Source of the DNA: Candidatus Bruticola sp.
GTDB lineage: Bacteria; Vulcanimicrobiota; Xenobia; Xenobiales; Xenobiaceae
NCBI GenBank assembly: GCA_051874695.1
Contig: JBJEGC010000007.1
Span: 231,465-295,464 of the forward strand
Direction: 5' to 3'
DNA length: 64,000 nt
Below, in pieces: positions 30,631-39,568 of the stretch. The translations under genes and the position numbers were made by a program. Every line of letters starts with the position of its first letter. Positions within the stretch are counted from its first letter, which is position 1. The notes under the pieces are model-generated. The model did no database searches, had not been told where the DNA came from, and worked only from the letters and a program-made list of their open reading frames with translations.

Positions 30631-31332
30631 GTGCTTTTATTTCAGATCGCTGCTTCGCTGCTAGTTGTTTTACTAAACTGGAAAACTTTAGAAATTGAGC
30701 GAAACAAATTGAACGTAACTGGATTAAAAACACCAGATAAGCCTGAGGGTGAGTCAGCCGATGCTATCTTATTGGAACGTTTTCAGGCTGGTGACGACTC
30801 AGCATTCGATGAACTGATGACCATCTATTACCGTCCGGTGCTTAATTTAATTTATAAGTTTAAGGGAGGGACGGCTAAAGAAGCTGAAGATACCGCTCAA
30901 GAGGTATTTCTTCAACTTTATAAGGCTTTGCCCAGATTCGAGCTCAGAGCCCGCCTCTTTACGTATATTTATAAAGTTACTATGAATCAGTGCCTTAAAG
31001 AACGCAAAAGGCGTGCTAAAGACATTCCCGTCCAAATCAGTCTCGATGAACCGGTTGACAGAGGAGGGGATCGCCCGATGCAGCGAGATTTTTCCGATCC
31101 AGATGATTCTCCGTTGGAATCGATAGAATATGCTGAGGTGAGTCGGGAGTTATCTAAAGCGTTGGCCCAGATCGACGATGAAATGAAGGCTCCTTTGCTC
31201 ATGAACCGTTTCAACGATTTAACTTATGAAGAAATTGCAGAAATTTTGGGCATTACTGTGGCGGCTGTCAGATCGAGAATTCATAGAGCGCGTCAGACAC
31301 TTCAGAAGCATTTGGATAAAATATTTGGCTAG
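30631..31332 (+). CDS. ECF-type RNA polymerase sigma-70 family factor
   Basis: Has sigma region 2 (LLERFQAGDDSAFDELMTIYYRPVLNLIYKF, AEDTAQEVFLQLYKAL) and a region 4 HTH (LTYEEIAEILGITVAAVRSRIHRARQTL). The true start is probably downstream of GTG 30631 (for example TTG 30709), because 30584-30632 looks like the PFOR terminator. Confidence 0.85.
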   Translation: MLLFQIAASLLVVLLNWKTLEIERNKLNVTGLKTPDKPEGESADAILLERFQAGDDSAFDELMTIYYRPVLNLIYKFKGGTAKEAEDTAQEVFLQLYKALPRFELRARLFTYIYKVTMNQCLKERKRRAKDIPVQISLDEPVDRGGDRPMQRDFSDPDDSPLESIEYAEVSRELSKALAQIDDEMKAPLLMNRFNDLTYEEIAEILGITVAAVRSRIHRARQTLQKHLDKIFG

Positions 31333-31349
31333 AAAGGAGAGATTTCTTT

Positions 31350-32051
31350 ATGGGATTTGTAGAGCTTTCAGAAACTGCTCCAATGAACAGATTGGACTGT
31401 CAAGAATGTACAGATAAATTATTAGATTATGAAGACGGTTTGCTGAGTAGTGCTGATGCAGCAAAAGTTAGAACCCATTTGGAAGAATGCGCGGAATGTA
31501 GCCGTTATCAGCATGCTCTCCGGGAAGGGTGGAAAAATCTAGGGTTGGTTTTCCCTCAAGACATTGAGCCGGATCCCAATTTTAAAATTCGCTTTTGGAA
31601 AACTGTAGGACAAGAAGCAAATTCCGTTAAGCTGATAGATTTGCAGCAAGAGTTAAAGAAGAAAAATAAGCGTTTGCGCTATTGGAGCAGTTTAGCCGCA
31701 GTGGCTTCTTTTGTTCTAATTGGCGGAGCTGTGTTGTGGAATGTTGCTTTTAACAGCAGCAACTTGTCGCCTGCGGAACAGAGCCAAGCTAATTGGCGTT
31801 ATTCTGCTTCAGTTTCGTCTGAAGTAAACGGCCCGGCAAAGTTAGTTCCGGCACTGTACCGTGTCGGCAGTCGTTCTGTTAGCAATGAAGCTGAGCCCTA
31901 TTATACAGAATATGTTGTGGCTGATGAATTCTCTGCCGATATGCAAGATTCGAGTGACAGTTTTACCTACGCCGATTACGATCAAGATTACGGTATGTCT
32001 CAGGAACTCCTAGATATGGCTTTTAATGAAGCTGCAGGTGTCCAAAATTAA
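31350..32051 (+). CDS. Membrane anti-sigma factor (zf-HC2 type)
   Basis: 233-aa ORF, 17 nt after the sigma gene. Has the motif CQECTDKL..(26 aa)..HLEECAECSRY and a single TM helix LAAVASFVLIGGAVLWNV. Confidence 0.7.
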   Translation: MGFVELSETAPMNRLDCQECTDKLLDYEDGLLSSADAAKVRTHLEECAECSRYQHALREGWKNLGLVFPQDIEPDPNFKIRFWKTVGQEANSVKLIDLQQELKKKNKRLRYWSSLAAVASFVLIGGAVLWNVAFNSSNLSPAEQSQANWRYSASVSSEVNGPAKLVPALYRVGSRSVSNEAEPYYTEYVVADEFSADMQDSSDSFTYADYDQDYGMSQELLDMAFNEAAGVQN

Positions 32052-32071
32052 ACGAGTAGAAGGTTAGGGTT

Positions 32072-32653
32072 GTGTTCAGAAAAGTTACTACATTTGCAGC
32101 TGTTGTAGGAATTTGGGGGAGTGTATTGGCGCCAGCCTGGGCCGAAGGGAGTTCGTGTGTGCCTCCTTTATGTCCTAAATCATCATTTCGAACGGCTCTC
32201 TGCAACTATCATGTTGTTTCCGATGCGGAATTTTTAGAGGCTGATTTTATCCCTTCTTGTGCTGCTTCCACCCATTGGCTCGTGTCAGAAAAATATAAGG
32301 CAGAACCAGCTGAATACTTCAATGGCAGTCACTCTGGAATTTTTTTAAGCCGTCAAGACAGAGAAAAAGACGACAGCAAATTTCCTGAAGCTAAGCAGGT
32401 TAAAGAAAAGTATCGTCCTCAAATGCTGCAGCTGGAAACTTCAATTAAAGAACTAAGAGTTCGTATTGCTAAAGAACTCAGCTCCGCTAACCCTAATAAG
32501 GCTTCGGTTAAAAGTTATATGAATCAAATCAGTGAGCTGCAGCGCCGTCGACAGCAGCTTTTTGCCGATCAAATGTTCGAAACCTTGGAAATGTTGCCCA
32601 AAGAGAAAAGAAGCGACTACCTTGAGCCCATTATAGAGCGCTATCTTAGGTAG
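32072..32653 (+). CDS. Exported helical protein, possibly Spy/CpxP-like periplasmic stress protein
   Basis: 193-aa ORF with a signal peptide (AAVVGIWGSVLAPAWA). The C-terminal coiled helical region is rich in Q/R/E (MNQISELQRRRQQLFADQMFETLEMLPKEKR). Third gene of the ECF operon. The family call is weak. Confidence 0.4.
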   Translation: MFRKVTTFAAVVGIWGSVLAPAWAEGSSCVPPLCPKSSFRTALCNYHVVSDAEFLEADFIPSCAASTHWLVSEKYKAEPAEYFNGSHSGIFLSRQDREKDDSKFPEAKQVKEKYRPQMLQLETSIKELRVRIAKELSSANPNKASVKSYMNQISELQRRRQQLFADQMFETLEMLPKEKRSDYLEPIIERYLR

Positions 32654-32679
32654 AACATGTTGTTAAAGAGCGAGAAGTC

Positions 32680-32721
32680 AAAACGGCGCGCCCGTCCATT
32701 ATAAGCGGGCGCGCCGTTTTT
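32680..32721. terminator. Bidirectional intrinsic terminator
   Basis: AAAACGGCGCGCCCG (32680-32694) pairs with CGGGCGCGCCGTTTT (32706-32720). The 15-bp GC-rich stem has flanking A and T tracts and sits between convergent genes. Confidence 0.75.
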
Positions 32722-32756
32722 CATTACGGATGAAATAAAAATGATAACTGCGTAAA

Positions 32757-33506
32757 TTATAGGCCGATAATAAAGGCGTTGTCAGCAGCACTGGGAGTTG
32801 TGTCTATCAGAGGGGAATTCAGCGATTCTAGGACGGTATCAATGGTATGTACCGTAGTAAGCACTAAATCGGGAGCACTAACAACTGTTTTTGATTCCAG
32901 ATGAGAACTGATCATTTGCCCCAATTCATAAGCAAAGGCTACTCGCGCCGATACTTCTATCGATTGACTGATACCATCTTTTATATCAGCTTTGGCAGGA
33001 CCGGCGTGGCTTTCAATAATGGCGACATCGTAATCTTGCTCTGTTTCCAAACTAACCAAGGTATGAATATATTCCAAATCGATGGTAACCGATTGGCCTT
33101 TATCACCCAAGGGAATTTCCAGAGGTTTATGCTCTGTCCAAGTTGAGCCTTTTTTTTGTAAACCAGAGGGAAATACCGGTTGATTTATATTGGCATTCAC
33201 TGTAGATCGGGTAATATGTCCGTTTTTTTCTACGGTCATGCCGATAGTCTGGCCAATGGTGGGCAGAGGAAGGCGCTGCTGATTGCGCTCAATGAAACCA
33301 TCCGTGACGTGTACGTCGAGATCGAAAGTATTTCCGGAAACTTTGACTATCTTTTGATCGGTAGTCATTTCCATAGTTACATTTGCACTACTTATTTCTT
33401 CGTTGTTTTCTTCAGTCTTCTGCTTAGAGTGCATGACCGTCTTGTACGATAAAATTTCTCCTGTGGCGGCTTTATACTCTAAGAATACGCCTTCGTTATT
33501 GAGCAT
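32757..33506 (-). CDS. Hypothetical soluble protein
   Basis: 249-aa ORF with no signal peptide or TM segment, and no family recognised. Coding-like composition. Lies downstream of the M48 gene on the same strand. Confidence 0.5.
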   Translation of the reverse strand: MLNNEGVFLEYKAATGEILSYKTVMHSKQKTEENNEEISSANVTMEMTTDQKIVKVSGNTFDLDVHVTDGFIERNQQRLPLPTIGQTIGMTVEKNGHITRSTVNANINQPVFPSGLQKKGSTWTEHKPLEIPLGDKGQSVTIDLEYIHTLVSLETEQDYDVAIIESHAGPAKADIKDGISQSIEVSARVAFAYELGQMISSHLESKTVVSAPDLVLTTVHTIDTVLESLNSPLIDTTPSAADNAFIIGL

Positions 33507-33566
33507 TGAATTATTTCCTCTCGCCTGGCATGTGCAGCTCGCGTCCTAATTTTTAGTCAGATCAGA

Positions 33567-35306
33567 TTAAAATCCTTTGCTGCGGTTTAAAATATTCCAG
33601 CTTAGTTTGCCGTAGCTGCGGTTAAGTTCATCTATAGATTTTTTATTCTTCAGGTACTGCAAAGCACTGTGGCGCAGAGCTATCGCGTAATTCTTATCCC
33701 CCCTCTCTTGAGCGTAGATCGCTCCCTTCTGCAACGGTTCTATCTCTTGGCAAATTTTATCTATCTCTCCTATTCTTTGATCAAAATTGGGATGAGTACT
33801 GAACCAAGCAATAGATATTTTACTTTGTCCCGATTGCTTTTGATAAATCGACAGCTTTTCTAAGGTGGCGCAGAACTCCTTCGGATCGAATCCGGCTGCG
33901 AAAGTAAGCATTACGGCATCGCGATCGGCTTCATATTCTTGCTCACGAGAAAAACCTTTATTAATAAGGTTAGCTGCTTGCTTAGAACCAAAGTAGCTCC
34001 AATAGCTGGTAGCGGTATAGCGCATGACTGTACCAAAAATATTGGATATGTTGCGCCGTTTTTTTGAGGCGCTGCTGTGATTACGGATAATATGAGAGAA
34101 TTCGTGCGCTAAAACGGAAACCAGTTCGTCGTCGCTTTCTAAAAGCTTAAGTAAGCCTGAAGTTATAAATATAGGGCCACCGTGGACGGATAGGGCTTGA
34201 GCTTCAGGAGAATTAAGCAGGATAAATTCACATTTTTCAGGCGGAAAACCGTTGCCTTCTAGAAGCTTGCGTCCAGCTTTTTGTACGCGGGATATGGATT
34301 CCTGATCTTGACTCAAAGAGTAGCGGTTCTGCACTTGAGCTGTTCCTTCTCGGGAAAGTTCCCTATCCTGTTTATTCATACTGAGGTAGGCGTCTGTTTT
34401 AGGAAAGCAGACGGGGCAGGGGTCATATCCTTTTCTTTGGGCTATTTTTTCATCTCTGAAGGCGTAGGGACGGCTGTTAAGAGAGAGATGGCCTGCTCCG
34501 GGCTGGTGGTATTGTTTGCTCTCCATATTCACAACAACACCTTGATGATTTCCCCATTCTTGGAGAAGAGCTTGGCTGCACAGATAATTCCAACTTTGGC
34601 TGTCAGATGAAGGAACACGAATTTTGTGTTCGTCAAGTAATTCTAAATCGAAGAGATGGCCTATTAAATTTTTTTTGTCACGAGAGACAATCATTACTTT
34701 GCGGGGCAAAATAACTTTAGAGGTGTAGTCTGACTGCATAAAAAGGGAGAGATTTTTGATAATGGCTGCTTTGTCGTGCGCCCCGAGATTGGAAACAGCC
34801 TTTTCATTAAAAAGCTTATCTGGATTGCAGACAATCTGATCTTTTTGTTCAACAGAATCCGGTAAAAGTACGCTGCTAAGCAATCCCTGATCGTCGAAAG
34901 AGACCAGGGCCAGCTCAGGTCGTATTTCAGTATCTTCTTCTATATCGATTTCCAGTGTGTTGTCGTTTTCTGATTCTGCCTGTGTATTTGTTTGAGATGC
35001 AGGGACGGCAGTCCAAAAAGGAGTGCTGGAATCGGCCGGAACGCTTGGCGGAGATTGAGGACGAGGAGGCGGAGCACTTCTGTCAGGCACAGGATACGGT
35101 TGGGATGGTTGATTTCTCCGCGGCGGAACACTGTTCTGGTCGATGTCGAGATCGCCGGGGAGCTCAAAATTGGATATTGTGTTGCTTTCGGAAGATTGAG
35201 CAGCTTGATCGGGCTGCTGAGCCGAAGCCGACAGAGAAAAATTTAAGTACAATAAAGCGGCTGCCAGGCTGCCAAGCCAGAATTTACAATATCTATTCAA
35301 GGCCAA
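33567..35306 (-). CDS. M48-family zinc metallopeptidase with a long N-terminal extension
   Basis: 579-aa ORF with a signal peptide (FWLGSLAAALLYLNFSLSASA), then a Pro-rich linker. Has an HExxH motif (LAHEFSHIIRNH), a downstream EYEADRDAV, and a C-terminal WFSTHPNFDQR typical of M48. Confidence 0.75.
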   Translation of the reverse strand: MALNRYCKFWLGSLAAALLYLNFSLSASAQQPDQAAQSSESNTISNFELPGDLDIDQNSVPPRRNQPSQPYPVPDRSAPPPRPQSPPSVPADSSTPFWTAVPASQTNTQAESENDNTLEIDIEEDTEIRPELALVSFDDQGLLSSVLLPDSVEQKDQIVCNPDKLFNEKAVSNLGAHDKAAIIKNLSLFMQSDYTSKVILPRKVMIVSRDKKNLIGHLFDLELLDEHKIRVPSSDSQSWNYLCSQALLQEWGNHQGVVVNMESKQYHQPGAGHLSLNSRPYAFRDEKIAQRKGYDPCPVCFPKTDAYLSMNKQDRELSREGTAQVQNRYSLSQDQESISRVQKAGRKLLEGNGFPPEKCEFILLNSPEAQALSVHGGPIFITSGLLKLLESDDELVSVLAHEFSHIIRNHSSASKKRRNISNIFGTVMRYTATSYWSYFGSKQAANLINKGFSREQEYEADRDAVMLTFAAGFDPKEFCATLEKLSIYQKQSGQSKISIAWFSTHPNFDQRIGEIDKICQEIEPLQKGAIYAQERGDKNYAIALRHSALQYLKNKKSIDELNRSYGKLSWNILNRSKGF

Positions 35307-35583
35307 TCCGTTTCCTTTTCAGGCTTTTCAAAACAAGAAACAGCTTCTTCAGTTTTGTTGCTGTCTGCAAATTTTACAATATTTCTATCAGCCCTTCTTA
35401 CAGAACCGGGGTAGTTGCTTCGATTTGTAGACGTTTTTATGGGGTAATATTGAATCGTCAGTTTATTGACAGATGAAGCAATTTGCGTAGTTTTTTGCTT
35501 TATGTCGAGGAATAGAAAAGTAAGGAACGAGAAGAAGCAATGTCGAAGTTAAAAAGGAATGTTTTTTATTCAGGGATGATAGC

Positions 35584-36828
35584 ATGAGCGATATCGATTT
35601 TTTTACACAGTTGCCCAGAAATGGCAGTGTCGCTGCTAACCAAAATGATTGGTCTCTGTCGGAAAATGACTCTAAAATACTCGACGAAGAAGCTAAAATT
35701 AAAACTATTGAACTGTTAAAGCGCGAAGATGTAATAACTACTTCCGATATTATTCGGCGTTTTCAAAACAACGATAAAGAAGCTGCAGAAATTTTGGTGC
35801 GCACTTTTTATCCTTATCTTGAGAGTCTATTAATCGCTTTGGAAAAAAAAGACTCTCAGAAACGCAGTTCAGAGCGACTTGGAGTGGCTCCAGCTCTTAC
35901 TAGTAGCGAAAGTGAGCGCGGTAAGTTTTTAAATGAGTTTTTTATAGATTTTGTTAATGGAGCCGACAAGATCGACTTTAGCAATGGTGTGCGCTTGTAT
36001 CTTTATAAAACTTGTACAGAGGCCTTTATAAAGATGCAACAGAAGAAAACTTCCTCCGCACCTGCTTTGAATAGTACGCAGCGTGTTCAAGACGGTAAGG
36101 CTCTCTTCTTTGACGATTATGATAATTTAACCTCCAGTGAAGAAAATCGCTGGCCGATTGTTAAAGAGGCAGACAGCTCTCCGGCGGAACTTTTTTTTGA
36201 TGATAATGCTCCCAAAGCAAATGTCAGGAAAAAGATTTCCGGTACGCCTGTAGCGCGTTCTTCCGGTGCAGATTTGCCCAAGATAAAACAGCAGAGTCGC
36301 GTACAAACTTCCGGAGGTAGTGCTGATAAACGTACTGCCGCCAACAAAGATAAAAATATTTATGAGCGGAGACGCAAAGCGCAGCCGGTGAGCTCTTTAA
36401 ATGCCGCAGCTGAGGACAAGAATACTTTGCCTGGAGTCGCAGCCGGCAAAGCCCATCTTTTGCGCTCCAATAACAACAGATTAAGCTTGGCAAGTAAAAT
36501 TAACTTAAGAAACAGCACCCATTTAGCCCCGCCGTTAGGTCAAGTTGATGAAATTACGGAAGAGAAGCATTCATCTTCCGTTACTCCAATTGACGCTTTT
36601 ACTCAAGATTCGGCTGCTTCGCACGCGGTGTTGTCTAGTCGGGCTAATAATATCCCTATTAGGTTAAAAAAATTGGCTGCTTCTGATATTGAAGCTTATC
36701 GAGCGGTTACAATGCGTTATTTTGCCAACTGCTCCTTTGCTGATCTTTGCCACAAGTTAGAAGTTACTTCTGCCAGTGAAATAGGATTGCGCCTGCTGCG
36801 CGGTCTGCTGGGCATAAGTGCGGATTAG
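35584..36828 (+). CDS. Atypical sigma-like protein (region-2-like N-terminus, region-4-like C-terminal HTH, ~250-aa low-complexity insert)
   Basis: 414-aa ORF. IIRRFQNNDKEAAEILVRTFYPYLESLL resembles ECF region 2.1. The C-terminal IEAYRAVTMRYFANCSFADLCHKLEVTSASEIGLRLLRGL resembles a region 4 HTH. Followed by a zf-HC2 anti-sigma gene. The ORF itself is fairly secure but the family call is tentative. Confidence 0.4.
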   Translation: MSDIDFFTQLPRNGSVAANQNDWSLSENDSKILDEEAKIKTIELLKREDVITTSDIIRRFQNNDKEAAEILVRTFYPYLESLLIALEKKDSQKRSSERLGVAPALTSSESERGKFLNEFFIDFVNGADKIDFSNGVRLYLYKTCTEAFIKMQQKKTSSAPALNSTQRVQDGKALFFDDYDNLTSSEENRWPIVKEADSSPAELFFDDNAPKANVRKKISGTPVARSSGADLPKIKQQSRVQTSGGSADKRTAANKDKNIYERRRKAQPVSSLNAAAEDKNTLPGVAAGKAHLLRSNNNRLSLASKINLRNSTHLAPPLGQVDEITEEKHSSSVTPIDAFTQDSAASHAVLSSRANNIPIRLKKLAASDIEAYRAVTMRYFANCSFADLCHKLEVTSASEIGLRLLRGLLGISAD

Positions 36829-36865
36829 CCCTAGTTAAAAGATTAAAGCTGGATGGTAAAATATT

Positions 36866-38440
36866 GTGAAACCTAGGACTCTTGGTGCAGGACCCTGCAA
36901 CAATAAATATATTAAGTCCATGCTGGTGCCTTATGCCGAGCGAACTTTGGCTAAGTCGAATCGTGCAGAGGTTGAGGCCCATTTGAATGAATGCCCGTCA
37001 TGTCGCGATAAAGTTAGGCGCCTGCGCGAGTTGATGCGTCCTTTGAGTGAACTGGCTAAAAGTGGTTTCAAGCCGGTTTACGATGCGCATCCCGATCATG
37101 AGCAGCTGTTCAAGTATGCTTACCGAGATTCTCGTTTGGATAGTAGTGAGAGAAAATATATCGATTTGCATGTTTTCATGTGCGAGGATTGCCGCCGGGA
37201 AATTTCGTTGATTGAGCAGGTAAACGCTGATTTTGATAGTTCGGCTCCGGGAGACAGTTTTCGTTGGATTATGCCTCCTGTATTGCGGGATTTATTCGCC
37301 CCTCCCAATCGGACTTCTGCTATTGTCGAGAATGCCTTGGAAAGTCGCATCCCCGATAATGAACGGCTAAAAGCCATAATGCAAAAGATCAATTTGCGTT
37401 TAGTTGGTATTTTAGCTGCTATTGTGCTGTTAATTTTTATTTGCTTGTCTTTTATAACTTGCGGTGATAGCGAAAGTGAGGTTAGTGCAGAGGCAATCCC
37501 TTCGCCGAACAAAGTGTCTACTGTAGCCTCACCTGAAGTTAAGACTGAAAATTGGACCGCTTTGCCTTTGGATAATTTTAGTCCCGTAGAGGCTTGCGAG
37601 CTTTTGAACGCTCAAAATATTAAGTATCGCAGTGTACGTGGGCGTCTCGAAGTTTTGGCGGCCGATGTTGATAAGGCACAGGCGGTTTTGCGGCAGCCTG
37701 TTGAGCCTGAGCCTAGCGAGGCTTTGGCTTCGGCAGATTACGTACCTGAGGTGGCAGAGACGGCCGACAATGGTAATGACAGTCAGGCATACGAAGCGAG
37801 TTCCGACCAGTCTTCCGAAGCTTACACAGGAACAAACGATTCGGATAATACTTCTACCGATGATTACGCCGGAGGAGAAACTGTTGAGCCGCAGTCTGCC
37901 ACTACTGGGGTTTCCGATTCCGCCGTGGAAAAGTCTCCCGAGCCGTCTGCCCCTAAGCGTAAGGCTGTTCCCGTTAAGAAGTTTTCGCAGCCTCGAGTTG
38001 CAGCACCACAGCAACGTACAGCTGTTCGCCCTGTCTACAGTGCTCAGCCTAGAGTGAAAGCTAAGGTCGCTTCCAGACCGGTACGCACTTACGATGCGGC
38101 TTCTTATCAGCCTGCGCCTGCACCGGCTGCTGCAATTGCGAAAGCATCCCCGAAAGCTAATCCGGGAACGGACCCCACTCCTATTTCTGCTTCTTACCGT
38201 TATGGAAATAACAGCTCCGATTCTTCCCCCCGTTCTTTGGCTGCACCCACGCCTCAAACTATCCATCCTGGCGTTGATGTCACCGTTTCTTCGTTGCCGC
38301 GCCGTAGTGCTCAAACGGAAGATCATAATGTAGAAACAGCGGCCTCGGTTGGTTCTTCTCAGGGCGGCGATGTGATAATTAGCGGTAATACTTACGATGA
38401 GACCGACAGTGTAACTAGCCGTGAAGAAATAGAAGAATAG
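36866..38440 (+). CDS. Membrane anti-sigma factor (zf-HC2 type) with a long Pro/Ser/Ala-rich extracytoplasmic tail
   Basis: 524-aa ORF with a GTG start. Has the motif C..(33 aa)..HLNECPSCRDKV and a second Cys pair CEDCRRE. TM helix LVGILAAIVLLIFICLSFITC. The C-terminal ~300 aa are low complexity. Confidence 0.6.
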   Translation: MKPRTLGAGPCNNKYIKSMLVPYAERTLAKSNRAEVEAHLNECPSCRDKVRRLRELMRPLSELAKSGFKPVYDAHPDHEQLFKYAYRDSRLDSSERKYIDLHVFMCEDCRREISLIEQVNADFDSSAPGDSFRWIMPPVLRDLFAPPNRTSAIVENALESRIPDNERLKAIMQKINLRLVGILAAIVLLIFICLSFITCGDSESEVSAEAIPSPNKVSTVASPEVKTENWTALPLDNFSPVEACELLNAQNIKYRSVRGRLEVLAADVDKAQAVLRQPVEPEPSEALASADYVPEVAETADNGNDSQAYEASSDQSSEAYTGTNDSDNTSTDDYAGGETVEPQSATTGVSDSAVEKSPEPSAPKRKAVPVKKFSQPRVAAPQQRTAVRPVYSAQPRVKAKVASRPVRTYDAASYQPAPAPAAAIAKASPKANPGTDPTPISASYRYGNNSSDSSPRSLAAPTPQTIHPGVDVTVSSLPRRSAQTEDHNVETAASVGSSQGGDVIISGNTYDETDSVTSREEIEE

Positions 38441-38446
38441 TGCCGT

Positions 38447-39361
38447 ATGGGTGTTCCTATTCTGGAAGTAAACAATTTGGCCCGATGGGGTAGAAATAGA
38501 GCTTTAGTAGTACCTGTTTCTTTTGTTTTGGAAGCTGGCGATATCGGTGTGGTGATCAGCCAAAATTTAAGTAGCTCTTCCCATTTGTTGCGTACTGCTG
38601 TGGGTTTGTATCCTTCAACAAAAGGCAGTATCAGCTTATGCTCTTATCCAATTTCTTCTCAGTCTGCTAAATATCTTTTGGGTTTTGTCTCTGCCGATCC
38701 GGAATTATATGAAGATCTTACTGTTTGGGAACAGCTTTATCTATTCGCTGATATTTACAATGTGGACATACATTATCGACCTTACGCTATTTATGAGGCG
38801 TTGGAAACAGTTAGAATTACCGATTACAAAGATGTCCAAATTTCCACTATAAGTGACAGAAGTTTGCTGAAGCGCATAAGTTTAGCTCGTGCTTTAGTAC
38901 ACAGCCCTCGTCTTTTGGTAGTAGAGAATCTCTTTCAAGGAAGTGATTTCCGTAATTGGCAGTTGGCCGCTGATATTCTTAACGAAATTCGCAATACAGG
39001 CAAAGCTATTCTGCTTTCTGCCGACAGTCTTCAATATTTACATAATCTGTACAGTCAGCTTTTTTTAGTAGGGGAAGATAAACTGTTTCTTCAAGGAAGT
39101 TACCCTCAAATATTGCAGGAAATTTGTCTTTACAGTTTAGTTCAGCTCCAGGTATGGGATACAGGTATAGATTCTGCCCTGATTTGCTTATCGGAAAATG
39201 AACTGGTTCTGGACCTTTTGCAGAAGGAAGGCGATCCCGGAGTGATGCGCTTTTTCTTTAAAGGAAATGAAATCGAACTAGAAGCGCTGGTGTGTAGTTT
39301 AGAAAATCGAGGAGCCCCCATAGTCTCTTGTTCTGTGCTTAACAATTTTTTTGGGCGCTGA
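38447..39361 (+). CDS. ABC-ATPase-like protein with degenerate catalytic motifs (pseudo-ATPase)
   Basis: 304-aa ORF, 6 nt after the anti-sigma stop. The ABC fold is recognisable (ILEVNNL..VSFVLEAGDIGVV, LLKRISLARALVHSPRLLVVENL). Walker A is SQNLSSSSH, the signature is ISDRSL, and Walker B D-E is replaced by E-N. Confidence 0.55.
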   Translation: MGVPILEVNNLARWGRNRALVVPVSFVLEAGDIGVVISQNLSSSSHLLRTAVGLYPSTKGSISLCSYPISSQSAKYLLGFVSADPELYEDLTVWEQLYLFADIYNVDIHYRPYAIYEALETVRITDYKDVQISTISDRSLLKRISLARALVHSPRLLVVENLFQGSDFRNWQLAADILNEIRNTGKAILLSADSLQYLHNLYSQLFLVGEDKLFLQGSYPQILQEICLYSLVQLQVWDTGIDSALICLSENELVLDLLQKEGDPGVMRFFFKGNEIELEALVCSLENRGAPIVSCSVLNNFFGR

Positions 39362-39455
39362 AAGCTGGCGCCGTTGGAAGGAGAACAGTTGAAGCTGTAG
39401 AAACGGCTTAGAAGGTTCGTTATAAAACTGAACTAATTATTGCGGGCTGTCATGC

Positions 39456-39496
39456 ACGAAACATATCGGGGTTGTGTTCGGCAGTTTCGTTTTTTG
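39456..39496 (+). terminator. Possible intrinsic terminator
   Basis: ACGAAAC (39456-39462) pairs with GTTTCGT (39484-39490), followed by TTTTT. The loop is large, so this is only moderately convincing. Confidence 0.4.
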
Positions 39497-39568
39497 GGAT
39501 TGTAAAAATTAGTCCCATCAATATTGAGATGGCCCGTGAGGGCCGAGAAAGCGAGTGGAGTAGGCTAA

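Noticed and set aside
30584-30632. GGGCGC...GCGCCC hairpin followed by GTTTTT after PFOR, as a confident terminator.
   Set aside because: It is plausible but has only a 6-bp stem and a ~25-nt loop. I use it only as an argument that the ECF sigma gene starts downstream of 30631.
34955-35476. 173-aa and 84-aa plus-strand ORFs antisense to the 5' part of the M48 gene.
   Set aside because: They are shadows of the Pro-rich linker region and their Arg-rich products are implausible.
37529-38326. 265-aa antisense ORF inside the anti-sigma gene, and the sense-strand alternate-frame ORFs at 37632-38057 and 38094-38333.
   Set aside because: The composition is extremely Arg/Ser/Leu-biased, there is no RBS, and they are fully embedded in the low-complexity tail of 36866-38440.
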